From Thermoguttaceae bacterium (GTDB lineage Bacteria > Planctomycetota > Planctomycetia > Pirellulales > Thermoguttaceae), in the NCBI GenBank assembly GCA_031548645.1, contig JAVBQX010000014.1, positions 13,392-77,391 of the forward strand: 64,000 nt of DNA, in the 5' to 3' direction. Under the pieces are notes generated by a model that searched no databases, had not been told where the DNA came from, and saw nothing but the letters and a program-made list of their open reading frames with translations. A program made the position numbers and the translations under genes. This document shows, piece after piece, positions 62,895 to 64,000 of the stretch (within the stretch, counting starts at the first letter, position 1; the number at the start of each line of letters is the position of its first letter).

Positions 62895-64000
62895 TCATTT
62901 CTCCGCATAACGTGCGTCAAAAGGCAAATCGAAGGTTTCGGCGACGGCGGGATGTACGACGGCGCCGCGGTCGATGTTCATCGCGCTGGCGATTTCCGGG
63001 GAATTTTGCGTCGCCCGTTCAATGCCCTCGTCGGCGAGTTTCATCGCCCAGGGGAAGGTCGCGTTGCAGAGCCCGAAGGTCGCGGTTCGCGGCACGGCGC
63101 CGGGCATGTTGCCCACGCAATAGTGAATCACGCCCTCTTCGACGAAAACCGGTTGCGAGTGCGTCGTCGGCCGACTGGTTTCGATGCAGCCGCCCTGGTC
63201 GATGGCCACGTCGACGATGACGCTGCCCGGCGGCATCTGTTTCAGGTCGTCGCGGCGGACGAGCCAAGGCGTTTTCGCGCCGGGACGCAGCACGGCCCCG
63301 ATGACCAGGTCGACGTGCTGAAGTTTTTCGAGAATCGTCTGCCGCGTGCTGTAAACGGTCACGACGTTCGGCGGCATGACCTCGCCCAGATATCGGAGGC
63401 GGTCGAGATTGTTGTCGACGATGATCACGTGGGCCCCGAGTCCGGCGGCCATTTTCGCGGCGTTCGTCCCGACGACCCCGCCGCCGAGCACCATGACATG
63501 CGCCGGCGGAACGCCCGGGATGCCGCTGAGCAGGATGCCGCGACCGCCCTGCGGTTTTTCGAGAAAACGCGCGCCCTGCTGGATGCTCATGCGACCGGCG
63601 ATTTCGCTCATCGGCGTCAGCAGCGGCAGGGAGCCCCGCTTGTCGACCAGCGTTTCATAGGCGACGGCGATCGCGCCGCTGTCCCGCACACCGAGCGTCA
63701 ATTCCCTGTCGGCGGCGAAATGGAAATAGGTGAACATGATCTGGCCTTCGCGCATGAGCCGGATTTCATGCGGCTGCGGCTCCTTGACCTTCATGATCAT
63801 TTCCGTCTTGGCAAAAATTTCCTCCGGCGTGTCGAGCAGGACGGCCCCCGCCTCGACGTAGGACTCGTCGGACAAACCGGCGCCGAGCCCGGCCCCCTTT
63901 TGCACGAAAACCCGGTGCCCGTGCCGCACGAGGGCCTCCGCACCGAACGGGAGCAGGGCAACGCGGTATTCATGTTCCTTGATTTCCTTCGGGACGCCGA
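62895..64000 (-). CDS. ald: alanine dehydrogenase (5' end outside window)
   Basis: The tracked ORF starts at an internal GTG. Reading the same frame to the window edge gives GVPKEIKEHEYRVALLPFGAEALVRHGHRVFVQKGAG..., the canonical Ald N-terminus. It also has the NAD site VLGGGVVGTNAAKMAAGLGA. Confidence 0.9.
   Translation of the reverse strand, partial: GVPKEIKEHEYRVALLPFGAEALVRHGHRVFVQKGAGLGAGLSDESYVEAGAVLLDTPEEIFAKTEMIMKVKEPQPHEIRLMREGQIMFTYFHFAADRELTLGVRDSGAIAVAYETLVDKRGSLPLLTPMSEIAGRMSIQQGARFLEKPQGGRGILLSGIPGVPPAHVMVLGGGVVGTNAAKMAAGLGAHVIIVDNNLDRLRYLGEVMPPNVVTVYSTRQTILEKLQHVDLVIGAVLRPGAKTPWLVRRDDLKQMPPGSVIVDVAIDQGGCIETSRPTTHSQPVFVEEGVIHYCVGNMPGAVPRTATFGLCNATFPWAMKLADEGIERATQNSPEIASAMNIDRGAVVHPAVAETFDLPFDARYAEK

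Overview
This is a chromosomal segment, most likely from a member of the Planctomycetota. That placement is an inference from a DUF1559/prepilin-type protein paired with a small lipoprotein gene, a PEP-CTERM protein, very large multidomain envelope proteins, and many P/Q-rich secreted proteins. I count about 45 protein-coding genes. Housekeeping genes include ldhA (partial), hemA, coaX, rsmD, lgt, apbE, a sigma-70 family factor, trmB, a fabZ-like gene, icd, a nagB fusion, accD, miaA, hisE, rlmN and ald (partial). They are interleaved with envelope, secreted and carbohydrate-active genes: a GT-C-like membrane protein, a TolC-like OMP, GH127, a GHL10-like hydrolase, a Wza-like exporter, a FadL-like OMP, a MATE pump and a chemoreceptor. 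I found no rRNA, tRNA, CRISPR array, transposase, integrase or phage gene. Many long ORFs in the track are antisense shadows of real genes in GC-rich DNA. The non-coding DNA holds at least five families of short palindromic or TIR-bounded repeats, including a GTAG-headed REP-like hairpin and three MITE-like elements with 2-3 copies each. I did not find a convincing multi-gene novel system such as a defence island or biosynthetic cluster. The best candidates for novelty are single-gene architectures and small features. These are a secreted protein ending in six NPMMGGMNPYMM repeats, an Lgt with an embedded PDZ domain, and a FlgI-like lipoprotein split by HEAT repeats. They also include an untracked 32-codon basic ORF with a KANHGKRP motif, a DUF169 gene with one in-frame TAG, and a sigma factor with a long HTH-bearing N-terminal extension. 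All functional calls rest on motif recognition by eye and none has been checked against a database.
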